Below, in pieces: positions 10,509 through 20,293 of a DNA stretch of 64,000 nucleotides (position 1 is its first letter; the number at the start of each line of letters is the position of its first letter). The position numbers were made by a program, and so were the translations under genes. The DNA is from Aulosira sp. ZfuVER01 (GTDB taxonomy: Bacteria; Cyanobacteriota; Cyanobacteriia; Cyanobacteriales; Nostocaceae): positions 96,001 to 160,000 of the forward strand of contig JAVRCV020000036.1 of the NCBI GenBank assembly GCA_034530615.2, in the 5' to 3' direction. Under the pieces are notes generated by a model that made no database searches, was not told where the DNA came from, and saw only the letters and a program-made list of their open reading frames with translations.

Positions 10509-10976
10509 TTACATTACAGAAGGCTTGCCGCCATCTGACAATAAAGAGTCGCGGAGGAAAACAAATTGCTGTTCAAATCCAATTGGCTTAAGTGCAGATA
10601 CCAATGCCTTAGCCTCTGATGAGGGTTGATAATCAGACGGAGCCTGGATAATTTCAGAACGCTCCATTCCTTGAGCTAACTGATACCAAAAAGCTAGCTT
10701 GGTGTTGTTGGTTAGGGAGTTGTATTCACGAGCCTTGTCTGTGTTTGTCCCCTTCAGCAGATCGCGCATCAACTGAAGTTGCTCATCTTGGGAAATTCCT
10801 TTGGTTTTGTTAAACAACTCGTCAGAGTTGTCAGGAGCAGTGCCATTCGGCTGTTTCATTCCTGATTCGCTACAGATAAAACGGTAGACGTACCACAATA
10901 CAGCAAGTTGATCGTCTACAGATAGACGCTTAAAAGTTTCTGCATGTTTTGCAGCTTGGCTTGTGTAAGCAGTCAT
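10509..10976 (-). CDS. Helical carotenoid protein (orange carotenoid protein N-terminal domain)
   Basis: LSVDDQLAVLWYVY, EQLQLMRDL and YNSLTNNTKLAFWYQLAQGM. Confidence 0.88.
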   Translation of the reverse strand: MTAYTSQAAKHAETFKRLSVDDQLAVLWYVYRFICSESGMKQPNGTAPDNSDELFNKTKGISQDEQLQLMRDLLKGTNTDKAREYNSLTNNTKLAFWYQLAQGMERSEIIQAPSDYQPSSEAKALVSALKPIGFEQQFVFLRDSLLSDGGKPSVM

Positions 10977-11207
10977 AAATTATTCCAAATTCATCAAGTA
11001 TTGCAGTTAGGCAATTTCAATTAATCACCTTAACGTTACTAAACTTAACGAATCGTATTTAGGTTATTAACCCTACTAAGGTTAGAGAATAGGAATGGCT
11101 TGAAGTGTGCTTTTAACCTGCCCCTAGCAAGATGTAATACTCATCTGAGCAGGTATGAATTTTGCCTCAAGTCGCTTGAACCCTAACAGTAATTCTGCTG
11201 AATCCAA

Positions 11208-11684
11208 ATGTTCGATCGGTCTCTAGGGCGAATGCTGCTCTCTCACAACTTTGATGTTTCTCCTGACACGATCCCAGCCCTCAGTCGGGAAGAATTTGCG
11301 GAAGTGTTTCAATCTGGCTTGAGTGCCTATGAACACCTGCAATGTAGGCTGGTGAATCATCCTCATTGGACTGTGGAAATTTTATTCCCTACCAATAAAT
11401 TTTCGCCGCAGCAAGTCGGAGAACTCTGTGCTCAAGCCCTAGCCCAGAAGCGACGTTCGCAGCAATTAAGTGCAGATTCTCACTCAGAAATTCTGGTTTT
11501 AGGTGGTATCAAAACTACTCCCCCTACTAGCGATTCCCCTGATGCTCTGCAACCAGGAAACTGGGGTGTGGATGTAGTAGAAACTCGCTCCGGTGAAGCA
11601 TTTTTGCAGGCGATCGCTTGGGATGCTACCATTGCGCAGAAACCCGCAGATAGTGTATTCAAAGTTGAACTAAAGGAAACTTGA
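11208..11684 (+). CDS. DUF2656-family protein
   Basis: GRMLLSHNF, HPHW, LGGIKTTP and WGVDVVET, recognised from memory. Confidence 0.75.
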   Translation: MFDRSLGRMLLSHNFDVSPDTIPALSREEFAEVFQSGLSAYEHLQCRLVNHPHWTVEILFPTNKFSPQQVGELCAQALAQKRRSQQLSADSHSEILVLGGIKTTPPTSDSPDALQPGNWGVDVVETRSGEAFLQAIAWDATIAQKPADSVFKVELKET

Positions 11685-11874
11685 GTAAATCATTACTAGC
11701 TCGTAGTTCGTAATTAAAATGAGTACGAGCAAGCACGCCACTCAAAGATTGGTGGTATTTCTAGGTGGATGTTTTGAACCGCCCACTAAGCTGTAACTAC
11801 ATAGACGTTAGCCTCACCCTCATAACTTAGGCATCCAACTAGGAATGATGGGTAAGGCAACATCCTAAACTTCC

Positions 11875-12063
11875 TTAACTGCGGAAACGTCTTTTACTCT
11901 GCTTCTGCAAGGCAAGTTTTTTGCGCTTGGATTTTTCAATAGGCGTTTCAAAGTGACGATGCTTCCTCATATCATGAAAAATCCCAGCCTTAGAAACCTC
12001 TCGCTTAAATCGGCGTAAGGCTGACTCAATGTGTTCATTGTCACCTACTACTATTTGGGTCAT
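11875..12063 (-). CDS. rpsU: 30S ribosomal protein S21
   Basis: [17 protein letters not shown]...[12 protein letters not shown]. Confidence 0.95.
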   Translation of the reverse strand: MTQIVVGDNEHIESALRRFKREVSKAGIFHDMRKHRHFETPIEKSKRKKLALQKQSKRRFRS

Positions 12064-12407
12064 TATCTTTCCTGCTAAATTGGCTTAATTCATGGCTCAA
12101 GTGGTAAGCCGTCGGGTCAACTCTTCGTCTGAAAAGAAAATTCGCTCTTCAAATTTCAGGTTGCAAAGCTTAGTAGGAGTTATATCATGTCCAGTTGAAC
12201 ACTTGCCATTGCGACCGAAGGGAAGCTATCCCAAAAACCCTGCGATTGCTACCCGAATCTAGCCTGCGGCAATGGTACAGCAGGTTTACTGCGTCTGAAT
12301 GGTTTGACAGCCTTTGACGACTTCAAGCTCAAGACTGACTACATCATTAAATAAAACAACATTAGTTCAACGTCTGTGGGAACTGATCTCACAGACGCCG
12401 ATTTTTG

Positions 12408-12740
12408 CATAAAAATCTGTTTTCAGAAATTAGGAGCTTTGAGGCTGTGAAATACCTTAATATGAGGTTATGTTTCCAATCTAAAACGTAAAACGCTGCC
12501 TGCAATACCTGCTGCAAACGGCTTTGCATCTACGCTAAATTTTAGGATTAGATAACTACCAAAGACTACATCATTTCTTAACCTCATCCTTTGGGAAGTA
12601 GAACAGTTAATAACCTTGCGCTTAGAGCTAATTTTACAGGTGCTAAAAGATAGACCAATAATTTAATTATTGATGAAACAGTAGATAAAAATAAAAGGAA
12701 CAAGACAGATTATGTGAAAAGACAGTATTTAGCGAAATTA
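12408..12740 (+). pseudogene. IS701-family transposase fragment (frameshifted)
   Basis: Broken frames give KNLFSEIRSFEAVKYL, LKRKTLPAI, LGLDNYQRLHHFLTSS, WEVEQLITLRLELILQVLKDRPII, LIIDET and TDYVKRQY. Confidence 0.8.
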
Positions 12741-12764
12741 TATCAATTACAAATTACTTTAAAA

Positions 12765-13496
12765 ATGCCTTCTCTCAACGAAGATTTGATCCGCGCGATC
12801 GTTAAAGGTGACACTGCTGCTGTAGAAAGCTTATTAGCCCAAGGGGCAGATGCCAATACTACTGGGGGCGTTACAGCCGTGGGAGCCAGTAATACAGCAT
12901 TGATGTGGGCAGCCACAGAAGGTTATCTAGAAATTGTGGAACTACTCCTGGCGCATAACGCTGATGTGAATGCGAAAAATTCCGCAGATTATACAGCTTT
13001 AATGTTTGCCGCAGAAAGCGATCGCCGAAATATTGTTTCGGTGCTGCTCGATCGCGGTGCTGGGATAGGCGATGCCTTCTGGCAAGACGCTTTGCGTCTA
13101 CGCAATCACTATGGAGAAACTGTATTGATGACAATGGCACGGCGTGGTCAAACAGATATTGTGCAACGTCTAGTAAAGATGGGTGCCGAGGTGAATGCTA
13201 CTAATAAAATCGGTGACACAGCATTGTACTTAGCAACAGATAATGGGCATACCTATACTGTCAAGGCTTTAATTGAATTGGGTGCCCAAGTCAATACTGC
13301 AAACCTTGGTGGTTGGACTCCTCTAATGATGGCAGCAGCACGGGGGGATCTGGAAACTATGGCAATTTTGTTGGAACATGATGCAGACTTCCGCCCTCAG
13401 AATCGCTGGGGTGCTACGGCGTTGAGTGAAGCCCGCAATTCCTTCCGATCTACTCAAGCAGTAAGTTTGTTGATCGAAGCGGGGGCGACGGAGTAA
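12765..13496 (+). CDS. Ankyrin repeat protein
   Basis: Repeated TALMWAA / TALMFAA / TPLMMAA..G...L...ADVN units. Start moved to ATG 12765 because the upstream extension is IS701 remnant. Confidence 0.9.
   Translation: MPSLNEDLIRAIVKGDTAAVESLLAQGADANTTGGVTAVGASNTALMWAATEGYLEIVELLLAHNADVNAKNSADYTALMFAAESDRRNIVSVLLDRGAGIGDAFWQDALRLRNHYGETVLMTMARRGQTDIVQRLVKMGAEVNATNKIGDTALYLATDNGHTYTVKALIELGAQVNTANLGGWTPLMMAAARGDLETMAILLEHDADFRPQNRWGATALSEARNSFRSTQAVSLLIEAGATE
13074..13100. repeat. 27-nt SDR5-like insertion in a HIP1 site, in frame within the ankyrin gene
   Basis: GCGAT[GCCTTCTGGCAAGACGCTTTGCGTCTA]CGC. Removing the insert restores GCGATCGC. Confidence 0.8.
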
Positions 13497-13502
13497 AGAA
13501 TC

Positions 13503-14180
13503 ATGGATAACAATCGCCTTACCCAACTAGAATCTCAGATCCGATCTGGTGCGATCGACCAGCGCAAAGCTGCTTTGGATGAATTGGCTCAATGTCCTGC
13601 CGATTTAGCCATTCCCATTTTGCAAAGACTTGCAGTTGATCAAGACTTCCTGTGCCGTCGCTTTGCGGTGATGGGCTTGGGCAATCATCCGACAGCAGCA
13701 TCCCTACAAATCCTCAAAGACTTGCTGGAGCAAGAGTCTGATAATAATGTTCTAGCAGAAATTGCTAATTCGTTGTTTGAATTTGGTGATGAGTCTGTGC
13801 CGTTACTCCAAAAGCTGTTTGAGCGCGATCGCCATTGGCTGACTCGGCAGACCATTATTTCAATATTAATGGAAGCGAATCGAGATGACGTGCTGCTGGC
13901 GGTGATTCGCGAAGGGTTGCAAGACGAGACACAAACGGTCAAAGAAACCAGTATTTTAGCACTGGGTAGTTTGCTGAATCGAGAGTTGCACCAACAAGCC
14001 CTAGATTTGCTGGCTGAATTAGCCGAGGCGACTGATTGGCGCGATCGCTGGCGAGCCGCTACTGCTCTAACTCTTTCATCCGACCCCAAAGCCAAGGTGC
14101 TGCTGGCAAAACTGCAACAGGATGAGAACCATTATGTAGTTGCCGCTGCTCTAGAAGCGAGTTTACCTAGAGAACTCTAA
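13503..14180 (+). CDS. HEAT-repeat protein, NblB / CpcE-F lyase-like
   Basis: PBS-lyase HEAT repeats (RRFAVMGLG, VLAEIANSL, WRDRWRAATAL). Located just upstream of the cpe operon. Confidence 0.75.
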   Translation: MDNNRLTQLESQIRSGAIDQRKAALDELAQCPADLAIPILQRLAVDQDFLCRRFAVMGLGNHPTAASLQILKDLLEQESDNNVLAEIANSLFEFGDESVPLLQKLFERDRHWLTRQTIISILMEANRDDVLLAVIREGLQDETQTVKETSILALGSLLNRELHQQALDLLAELAEATDWRDRWRAATALTLSSDPKAKVLLAKLQQDENHYVVAAALEASLPREL

Positions 14181-14187
14181 CTATAAG

Positions 14188-14282
14188 AGGCAGGAGAGCA
14201 GGAAGCAGGGGCAGCAAACGAAGCAAGGGAAGATAATGACCCTTGACTATTGCCCAATGCCCAATGCCCCATGACCAATGTC
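14188..14282. repeat. STRR-type heptamer repeats (GCCCAAT / GGAGCAG)
   Basis: tgcccaatgcccaatgccccatgaccaatg. Confidence 0.75.
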
Positions 14283-14327
14283 AAATAAATTTTTATTCAG
14301 CACTTTTTCTTAGAGTTTAGAATCGTT

Positions 14328-14345
14328 TGTGCAAACCGAGTGCAA
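14328..14345 (-). promoter_or_regulatory. L-box (RcaC binding site) in reverse orientation upstream of cpeC
   Basis: Minus strand reads TTGCACT-CGGT-TTGCACA against the consensus TTGCACA-N4-TTGCACA. Confidence 0.85.
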
Positions 14346-14600
14346 AATCTTCTCATTTCATCAAGATTTACAAATCTTGATGGTCATCGTTACGCGCTCA
14401 TAAGAAAATGATCATAACAAAGCGTATAAAACGCCTAAAAAGCTTGAACACCTAGTAAATCGGAACTTCCATGCTGATGGAAGCTGGCAATTTGGGTTTC
14501 AACAAATCAATCCAGCAATCTGATTGTGGGTGAGCAATCTGAATTTTATTTACATCTTGAAACAATTTTCTTAAATTTTCGTTAACAGGAGATACAATTA

Positions 14601-15461
14601 ATGCCATTTGGACCAGCTTCACGCCTGGGAGTCAGCTTGTTTGATGAAACTCCTCCCGTTGAGTGGGTACCGGGTCGCTCACAAGAAGAAGCAGAAACAA
14701 TCATTAAGGCAGTCTATCGGCAAGTGTTAGGCAATGCCTATGTAATGGAAAGTGAGCGCCTAGCCGTGCCCGAATCCCAGTTTAAGCGGGGTGAATTGAG
14801 CGTCCGCGAGTTTGTCCGAGCAGTGGCTAAATCTGAACTCTATCGTTCTCGCTTTTTCACCAGTTGTGCGCGCTACCGAGCAATCGAACTCAACTTCCGT
14901 CATCTGCTGGGTCGTCCACCGCTGGATTTGGAAGAAATGCGCTTCCACAGTACCATTCTTGATACTCAAGGGTTTGAAGCCGAGATCGATTCTTATATTG
15001 ACAGCGATGAGTATCAGTCCACCTTTGGGGAAAACTTTGTTCCCTATATCCGGGGCTACAAAACAGAAGCCTGTACAAGCATGGTGCAATTTACCCACAC
15101 CTTCCAACTGGTGCGAGGTGCTTCTAGCAGCAGCCTGAAGGGTGACTTGTCTGGTAAGACTCCTAAGCTCAATGCTTTGGTAATTCAAGGCACACCCACA
15201 GCAGTGATTTCACCTGCTAGTGGTGGGGCTACCTTCTCTACACCTCCCATTGGTTCCCGCAGTCGTCATGGAGTGGATGCCAGTGCTAGTGGTAAGGTTT
15301 ACCGCATTGAAGTCACAGGTTATCGCGCCAAAAACTTCAATAATATTTCCAAGTTTCGCCGTTCCAACCAAGTCTTTCTGGTGCCTTATGAGAAGCTCTC
15401 TCAAGAGTATCAGCGGATTCACCAGCAGGGTGGTGTGATTGCCAGTATCACTGCTGTCTAA
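14601..15461 (+). CDS. cpeC: Phycoerythrin rod linker CpeC
   Basis: MPFGPASRLGVSLFDETPPVEW, AVYRQVLGN linker domain and C-terminal CpcD domain. Confidence 0.95.
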   Translation: MPFGPASRLGVSLFDETPPVEWVPGRSQEEAETIIKAVYRQVLGNAYVMESERLAVPESQFKRGELSVREFVRAVAKSELYRSRFFTSCARYRAIELNFRHLLGRPPLDLEEMRFHSTILDTQGFEAEIDSYIDSDEYQSTFGENFVPYIRGYKTEACTSMVQFTHTFQLVRGASSSSLKGDLSGKTPKLNALVIQGTPTAVISPASGGATFSTPPIGSRSRHGVDASASGKVYRIEVTGYRAKNFNNISKFRRSNQVFLVPYEKLSQEYQRIHQQGGVIASITAV

Positions 15462-15501
15462 ATCAGCGGCAAACTTACAAAAATTGAGGAGATAGATTTT
15501 A

Positions 15502-16251
15502 ATGGCATCCCAGACAATTCTTGAACTTTGGCCGGCTAGTGGCTTAGAAGAAGTTCAAACTATAATCCGTGCAGTTTACAAACAAGTGTTAGGCAACCCT
15601 CATGTGATGGAGAGTGAGCGCTTGGTGACAGCAGAGTCACAATTGTGCGATCGCTCAATCACCGTGCGGGAATTTGTCCGCGCTGTTGCCAAGTCTGATT
15701 TTTATCGCACCCGCTACTTCGAGTCCTGCGCTCCCTACCGTTTTGTAGAACTCAACTTCCTACATTTGCTCGGTCGCGCACCCCAGGATCAAAGAGAAGT
15801 ATCTGAACACATTGTTCGCACTGTAGCCGAGGGCTACGATGCAGAGATTGATTCCTACATCGATAGCAGTGAATATCAAGCAGCCTTTGGCGAAAACGTA
15901 GTGCCCTACTATCGCGGTAGAAGCAGCGAAGCCAACCCCAAGCAAGTGGGTTACAACCGGATATTTGCCCTCGATCGCGGCCCCGCCCAAATTGACAGCG
16001 CAGTCAAAGCTTCTCAATTGGTGTATGCAGTTGCGACCAACAGTGGCAATGCAATTAAAGCCTCTTCGGCAACTGTGGTTGGTTCTGGCACCGAAAAACG
16101 GTTCAAAATCGTGGTCACAGGTTCCAAATTCGACAGCCCTCGCCGTGTCAGTACCACTGAGTACATTGTCCCAGCTAGTAAAATGACCCCGCAAATTCAG
16201 CGGATCAATCGTACTTCTGGCAAAATCGTCAGCATTACTGAAATTGCATAA
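15502..16251 (+). CDS. cpeD: Phycoerythrin rod linker CpeD
   Basis: MASQTILELWP, linker domain plus CpcD-like C-terminus, gene order. Confidence 0.92.
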   Translation: MASQTILELWPASGLEEVQTIIRAVYKQVLGNPHVMESERLVTAESQLCDRSITVREFVRAVAKSDFYRTRYFESCAPYRFVELNFLHLLGRAPQDQREVSEHIVRTVAEGYDAEIDSYIDSSEYQAAFGENVVPYYRGRSSEANPKQVGYNRIFALDRGPAQIDSAVKASQLVYAVATNSGNAIKASSATVVGSGTEKRFKIVVTGSKFDSPRRVSTTEYIVPASKMTPQIQRINRTSGKIVSITEIA

Positions 16252-16259
16252 CGATAAAT

Positions 16260-16417
16260 AGTGCTGAGTTCTGAGGAGCCACTGCGTTGCGGAGCCAGTT
16301 GCGTGGTCAGGCAGTCCGGTCTTGGGGGTTCCCCCGTTGTACCGCTAAAGTGGAACCCGCAGGATAGCAAGTAGCGTTGCTGAGTACTGGGTTAATAGGG
16401 GTGGGCAATGCCCACCC
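16260..16417. repeat. Nested short dispersed repeats and a REP-like palindrome between cpeD and cpeE
   Basis: GGGGGTTCCCCC core (also at 43474) and GGGTGGGCA-A-TGCCCACCC at 16399-16417. Confidence 0.6.
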
Positions 16418-16490
16418 AAGATGATTAAGTTTTTTAATTTTCAATTTTTCACAAAATTCCACAACAATCCTAAATTTAGGAGGCATTGAT

Positions 16491-17249
16491 ATGGCACTTT
16501 GGATAGAAACCGAGTCCGTTGAATTACGCCCCAACGCCACCGAGGACGATCTACAAGCCGTTATCCGAGCAGTGTATCGGCAAGTTCTGGGTAATGCTCA
16601 TGTATTTGAAAACCAACGGCCGACCAATGCAGAGTCTCAATTGCGGAACGGTGACATCACTGTTTCTGGCTTTGTTAGAGCAGTGGCTCAATCCGATCTA
16701 TACCGTTCGCTGTTTTTTGAAACTTCCTCTCCCTACCGTTTTATCGAATTGAACTTTAAGCATTTGCTCGGTCGTGCGCCTCAAGATCAGTCTGAAATCG
16801 CGGAACACGTGCAAATTTATAACACACAGGGATACGCAGCTGAAATCAACTCCTACATTGATAGTGATGAATATATTAGGAGTTTTGGCGAGAATATTGT
16901 GCCCTCTGCCCGTGGTAATCGTACCCAAGCTGGGGTGAAGAATGTCGGTTTTAACCGTTCCTTTGCCTTAATGCGCGGGTTTGCGGCCAACGATCTGGGC
17001 AAATCGGCAAAATTAATTAGTGATATTGGCGCTAACCTAGCGACTAAAATAGTTGCCCCGGCTGGCGGTTCTGGTGCTGTTAGCAATACAGGTAAGCGCT
17101 TCCGTGTTGCTGTCTCCAAAGCCAATTTCGGTCGTCGGGTGACTCAAAGCATGGCAACCTTTGATGTGGGATATAACCAACTAGCCCAGAAAATTCAGAG
17201 TATCCAGAAAACTGGTGGCAAGATTCTTAGTATCACTGAAATAGCTTAG
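16491..17249 (+). CDS. cpeE: Phycoerythrin rod linker CpeE
   Basis: MALWIETESVELRPN, linker domain, SD AGGAGG. Confidence 0.92.
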   Translation: MALWIETESVELRPNATEDDLQAVIRAVYRQVLGNAHVFENQRPTNAESQLRNGDITVSGFVRAVAQSDLYRSLFFETSSPYRFIELNFKHLLGRAPQDQSEIAEHVQIYNTQGYAAEINSYIDSDEYIRSFGENIVPSARGNRTQAGVKNVGFNRSFALMRGFAANDLGKSAKLISDIGANLATKIVAPAGGSGAVSNTGKRFRVAVSKANFGRRVTQSMATFDVGYNQLAQKIQSIQKTGGKILSITEIA

Positions 17250-17460
17250 TGCTGCTGACTGGGAATTTCACAACCAGACTATTGGGGAAAATTGTGGATA
17301 TTCATAAATCCACTACCAAAGCGATCGCCAACCAGTAAACAGTAAGCAAACTTTTACTGGTCAGTTCCAGCCTGCGATTCCTCAACGTAAATGCTTCGGT
17401 TGTCCGCCGATTCACGTTGATGATAAGTTGCTTACAGCATCGAATTTTAAGGTGATTTGT

Positions 17461-17919
17461 ATGGCAACCACAATAATTGATCCTGGCGATTTAAGTGACT
17501 ATAGCAGTCGCCAAGTGACAATTGAAGTGACAGGAGGCTGTCATCGAGAGTTGATGCGGAAGGCAAAATACACAAAGACAATTCCTTATAATTGTCTGTC
17601 TCAGACGATTCAAAGTATTAATCGCCTCGGTGGCAAGATTACCCGCGTCACCTTATCACCTTCCCATACTCAAATCTCAAAAACTGAGTTTGTTCAGCCA
17701 CTATCCCACATAGCCCAAAGCGATGTTCTACCTTCAGCACATCAAGCTGAATCTATACCCGCATCGCCTCAGCCTCAGGAACCGAACAACTCTGACGACA
17801 TCTCTCAGGTAACGAAACCAACTCAAACGCAGCAGGAAAAACCAGCGATGCCTACGGCAACCCTTGCAGGGAATGCAGTTTCCCAGTCAGTAGAGTACAC
17901 CTTTACAGAGGAGTGGTGA
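17461..17919 (+). CDS. CpcD-domain small linker-like protein with a low-complexity tail
   Basis: RQVTIEVTG...IPYNCLSQTIQSINRLGGKITRV followed by a P/Q/S/T-rich tail. Confidence 0.75.
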   Translation: MATTIIDPGDLSDYSSRQVTIEVTGGCHRELMRKAKYTKTIPYNCLSQTIQSINRLGGKITRVTLSPSHTQISKTEFVQPLSHIAQSDVLPSAHQAESIPASPQPQEPNNSDDISQVTKPTQTQQEKPAMPTATLAGNAVSQSVEYTFTEEW

Positions 17920-17972
17920 ATTTTTAGATTCCATCCCAAAGCAAATAGCTAGAAACACAAACCAAAGAGTTG

Positions 17973-18503
17973 ATGGATATTACGGAGTTTGTTGCAAATT
18001 CTATCGGGCGTTGGCGATCGCAACGCAGCGCCCATCATTTAGCATTCAGTCACTTTGAAGCTGTACAGTCAGATATCGATATTGTTTCTCTCCCAGATGA
18101 TGACCCGGCAGTGATTGACCTGTGTAAAACCTATAACATTGATCCTCTAACAGTGGTTTCCCCATTTCGGATGAGTTGGGAAGGTCAATCAGACTGGGAT
18201 GATAGTGAAATCAAAGGCAGTTGCGTCCTCGTTCCGATACCCGATCCAACTCATCCCAATCGCGGCAAACTTCTGCGCGATCAAGGCTACGCTGAAACGA
18301 TCGCAGCGGCGGGTGACTATTACTTGACAGAAGACGGCACATTTGTACTGATTACGTCCTACGATCGCGCCGCCGCCGAAGAAAAAATCTGGTTTGTCAA
18401 CCCCAATGTCCGTTGTCGGGTTTCCCTAATCAAAACCAGTGCCGGTTCAGGAGTCGTCACTGCCTCTTTTTCCTCAGAAATCCGCCAGGATATTCAGAAA
18501 TAA
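17973..18503 (+). CDS. cpeS: Phycoerythrobilin lyase CpeS (CpcS/CpeS family)
   Basis: GRWRSQRSAHHL, GKLLRDQGYAE, AAEEKIWF and ASFSSEIR. Confidence 0.9.
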   Translation: MDITEFVANSIGRWRSQRSAHHLAFSHFEAVQSDIDIVSLPDDDPAVIDLCKTYNIDPLTVVSPFRMSWEGQSDWDDSEIKGSCVLVPIPDPTHPNRGKLLRDQGYAETIAAAGDYYLTEDGTFVLITSYDRAAAEEKIWFVNPNVRCRVSLIKTSAGSGVVTASFSSEIRQDIQK

Positions 18504-18747
18504 ACAAGAGCTGATAATCCAGGACTAGTTATTTCTAGTCATATATATACAACGTCAGAGCGTGCAGTCTAAATATAAATTGCTCGCGTAAGTTTTGCTG
18601 TGTCATTTGTCATCCCTTAATAGACACTTTTGCCATCGGTTAAGGTCATAATTTTTGAATTTTGCGGAAAGTGCGGTCTTGGGAAAAGCCCAAGAAGAGC
18701 AACTTTAAAAGATGAATTTTTTATTGTTTATTCATGCTCATTTACTT

Positions 18748-19368
18748 ATGACTTCACCACCAGATATCTGTGAAACTACATCAAATAATTTAATTACCCT
18801 AGCTCGTTGGATGGCAGGAGATTTCAGCAATTATAAACAGGCATTTGAAAATTCTAAAGATTATGCCCATATTCACGTTTTTTTTCGTCCGTTACCGTTT
18901 GAATTCTTCTCTGGAATTGGGCTTTATTCAGAACAAGTTTATGACTATGATTTGTGGCGACCTTATCGACAGGGAGTGCATCGCTTAGTCGAGCAAGGCG
19001 ATCAGATTTATATCGAAAACTACAGCTTAAAAAAAGCAATTTTCTACGCTGGTGCAGCGCGAGACTTAAATATCCTCAAAACCATCACTCCAGATTGTAT
19101 AGAACGTCGATATCACTGCTCGATGATTTTTAAACGAGAGGGAGACAGATTTAAAGGCAGTGTTGAACCTGGAAACCTCTGCCTCATTGAGAAGAATGGC
19201 TGCCAGACTTATCTAGATAGTTACGTTGAAATTACAGAAACTACCTGGGTAAGCCTAGATAAAGGCATGGATGTCAATACACATCAGCAAGTTTGGGGAT
19301 CTACCTTTGGACCATTGCGGTTTGAAAAACGGGAGAGTTTCGCCCATGAAGTCCCAAACATCCTATAA
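18748..19368 (+). CDS. cpeT: Bilin lyase CpeT (CpcT/CpeT family)
   Basis: LARWMAGDFSN..QA, YSEQ.Y, PYRQ and QVWGS..GP. Confidence 0.9.
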   Translation: MTSPPDICETTSNNLITLARWMAGDFSNYKQAFENSKDYAHIHVFFRPLPFEFFSGIGLYSEQVYDYDLWRPYRQGVHRLVEQGDQIYIENYSLKKAIFYAGAARDLNILKTITPDCIERRYHCSMIFKREGDRFKGSVEPGNLCLIEKNGCQTYLDSYVEITETTWVSLDKGMDVNTHQQVWGSTFGPLRFEKRESFAHEVPNIL

Positions 19369-19402
19369 TCTTTCCCTGCCTAATCTGGCTATTAAAGCGA
19401 AT

Positions 19403-19708
19403 ATGCTGCCCCCAGAAGCGCAGAAAAAAATGCAGTGCTGGATTCGTAGCAGGCATTTAATTTGTTCAGGTAATTTTTTTGTGTTTGAAACTGTAGATTA
19501 TAGTGCTGTTGAGCGTTTTTCCCAATGTGTTGCAGCCTTAGGAGGCACTGTTATTTCGGTCGATCAAATTGACAAAATTTGGATGGGCGATCATCGTCAA
19601 GTGATTCGCTATCAAGCAAAAGCTAGTTTGCATACACCCTGCCACAATTTGAAACAATATTGGCTGAAATATGGTGGCTTTCGCACCCGATTTGATGCAC
19701 AGGCGTGA
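19403..19708 (+). CDS. cpeR: CpeR phycoerythrin operon activator
   Basis: MLPPEAQKKMQCWIRSRHLICSGNFFVFET and last position in cpeCDESTR. Confidence 0.9.
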   Translation: MLPPEAQKKMQCWIRSRHLICSGNFFVFETVDYSAVERFSQCVAALGGTVISVDQIDKIWMGDHRQVIRYQAKASLHTPCHNLKQYWLKYGGFRTRFDAQA

Positions 19709-19839
19709 AGTAATTCGTATGCGATCGCAGTAAGAATATGGCGATTATTTTCTACCTAATTTGCATTAATTTTCTGTCTCAAATCAATATTTAATAACTC
19801 CCAATATTAGGAATAAAATGGCAGATGAATAATATTTAA

Positions 19840-20250
19840 ATGTACAGTGATTGTATCACCATCATCACAAAACTCATGCTCCAGATCGATCAATCTGCCT
19901 TGAAAGCTAGAAATACATTACTCGCTATGTTTGTGGTGCTTTTGCTCCTAGATGCTACACTAGTGATCATTGCGCGGGATAGATGGGCTATAGGACGTAT
20001 CTTACTAACAATCGTAGTCATGTATTTTGTTCTACAGGGACGGAAATGGGCAAAATGGCTCATGATGAGTATTTGTAGTTTGCTGGCTGTCATTCTAGTA
20101 ACAATGGCGATCGCACTGAGTTCAAAACTCTCCACTGTTCTCATGCTAGGGAGTTTGATTTTGGCAGTTCTCAGCGCCGTCACTACTATCTATATGGCCA
20201 GTAGCAGAGATTTAAATTATTACTTCTCCTGGAAAAGACAAAATGGTTGA
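19840..20250 (+). CDS. Hypothetical membrane protein (about 4 TM segments)
   Basis: Hydrophobic stretches and G.KWAKW. No family recognised. Confidence 0.6.
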   Translation: MYSDCITIITKLMLQIDQSALKARNTLLAMFVVLLLLDATLVIIARDRWAIGRILLTIVVMYFVLQGRKWAKWLMMSICSLLAVILVTMAIALSSKLSTVLMLGSLILAVLSAVTTIYMASSRDLNYYFSWKRQNG

Positions 20251-20293
20251 CATCGAATTGAGCGTTGAAGTCTAAAATCAACCAGACATGAAA

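Noticed and set aside
14760..17125. Long antisense and alternate-frame ORFs over cpeC, cpeD and cpeE
   Set aside because: They are shadows of well-supported linker genes and carry no motifs.
19709..20293. Possible ccaS remnant next to ccaR
   Set aside because: No GAF, PAS or kinase motifs are recognisable; only a small membrane-protein ORF is present.
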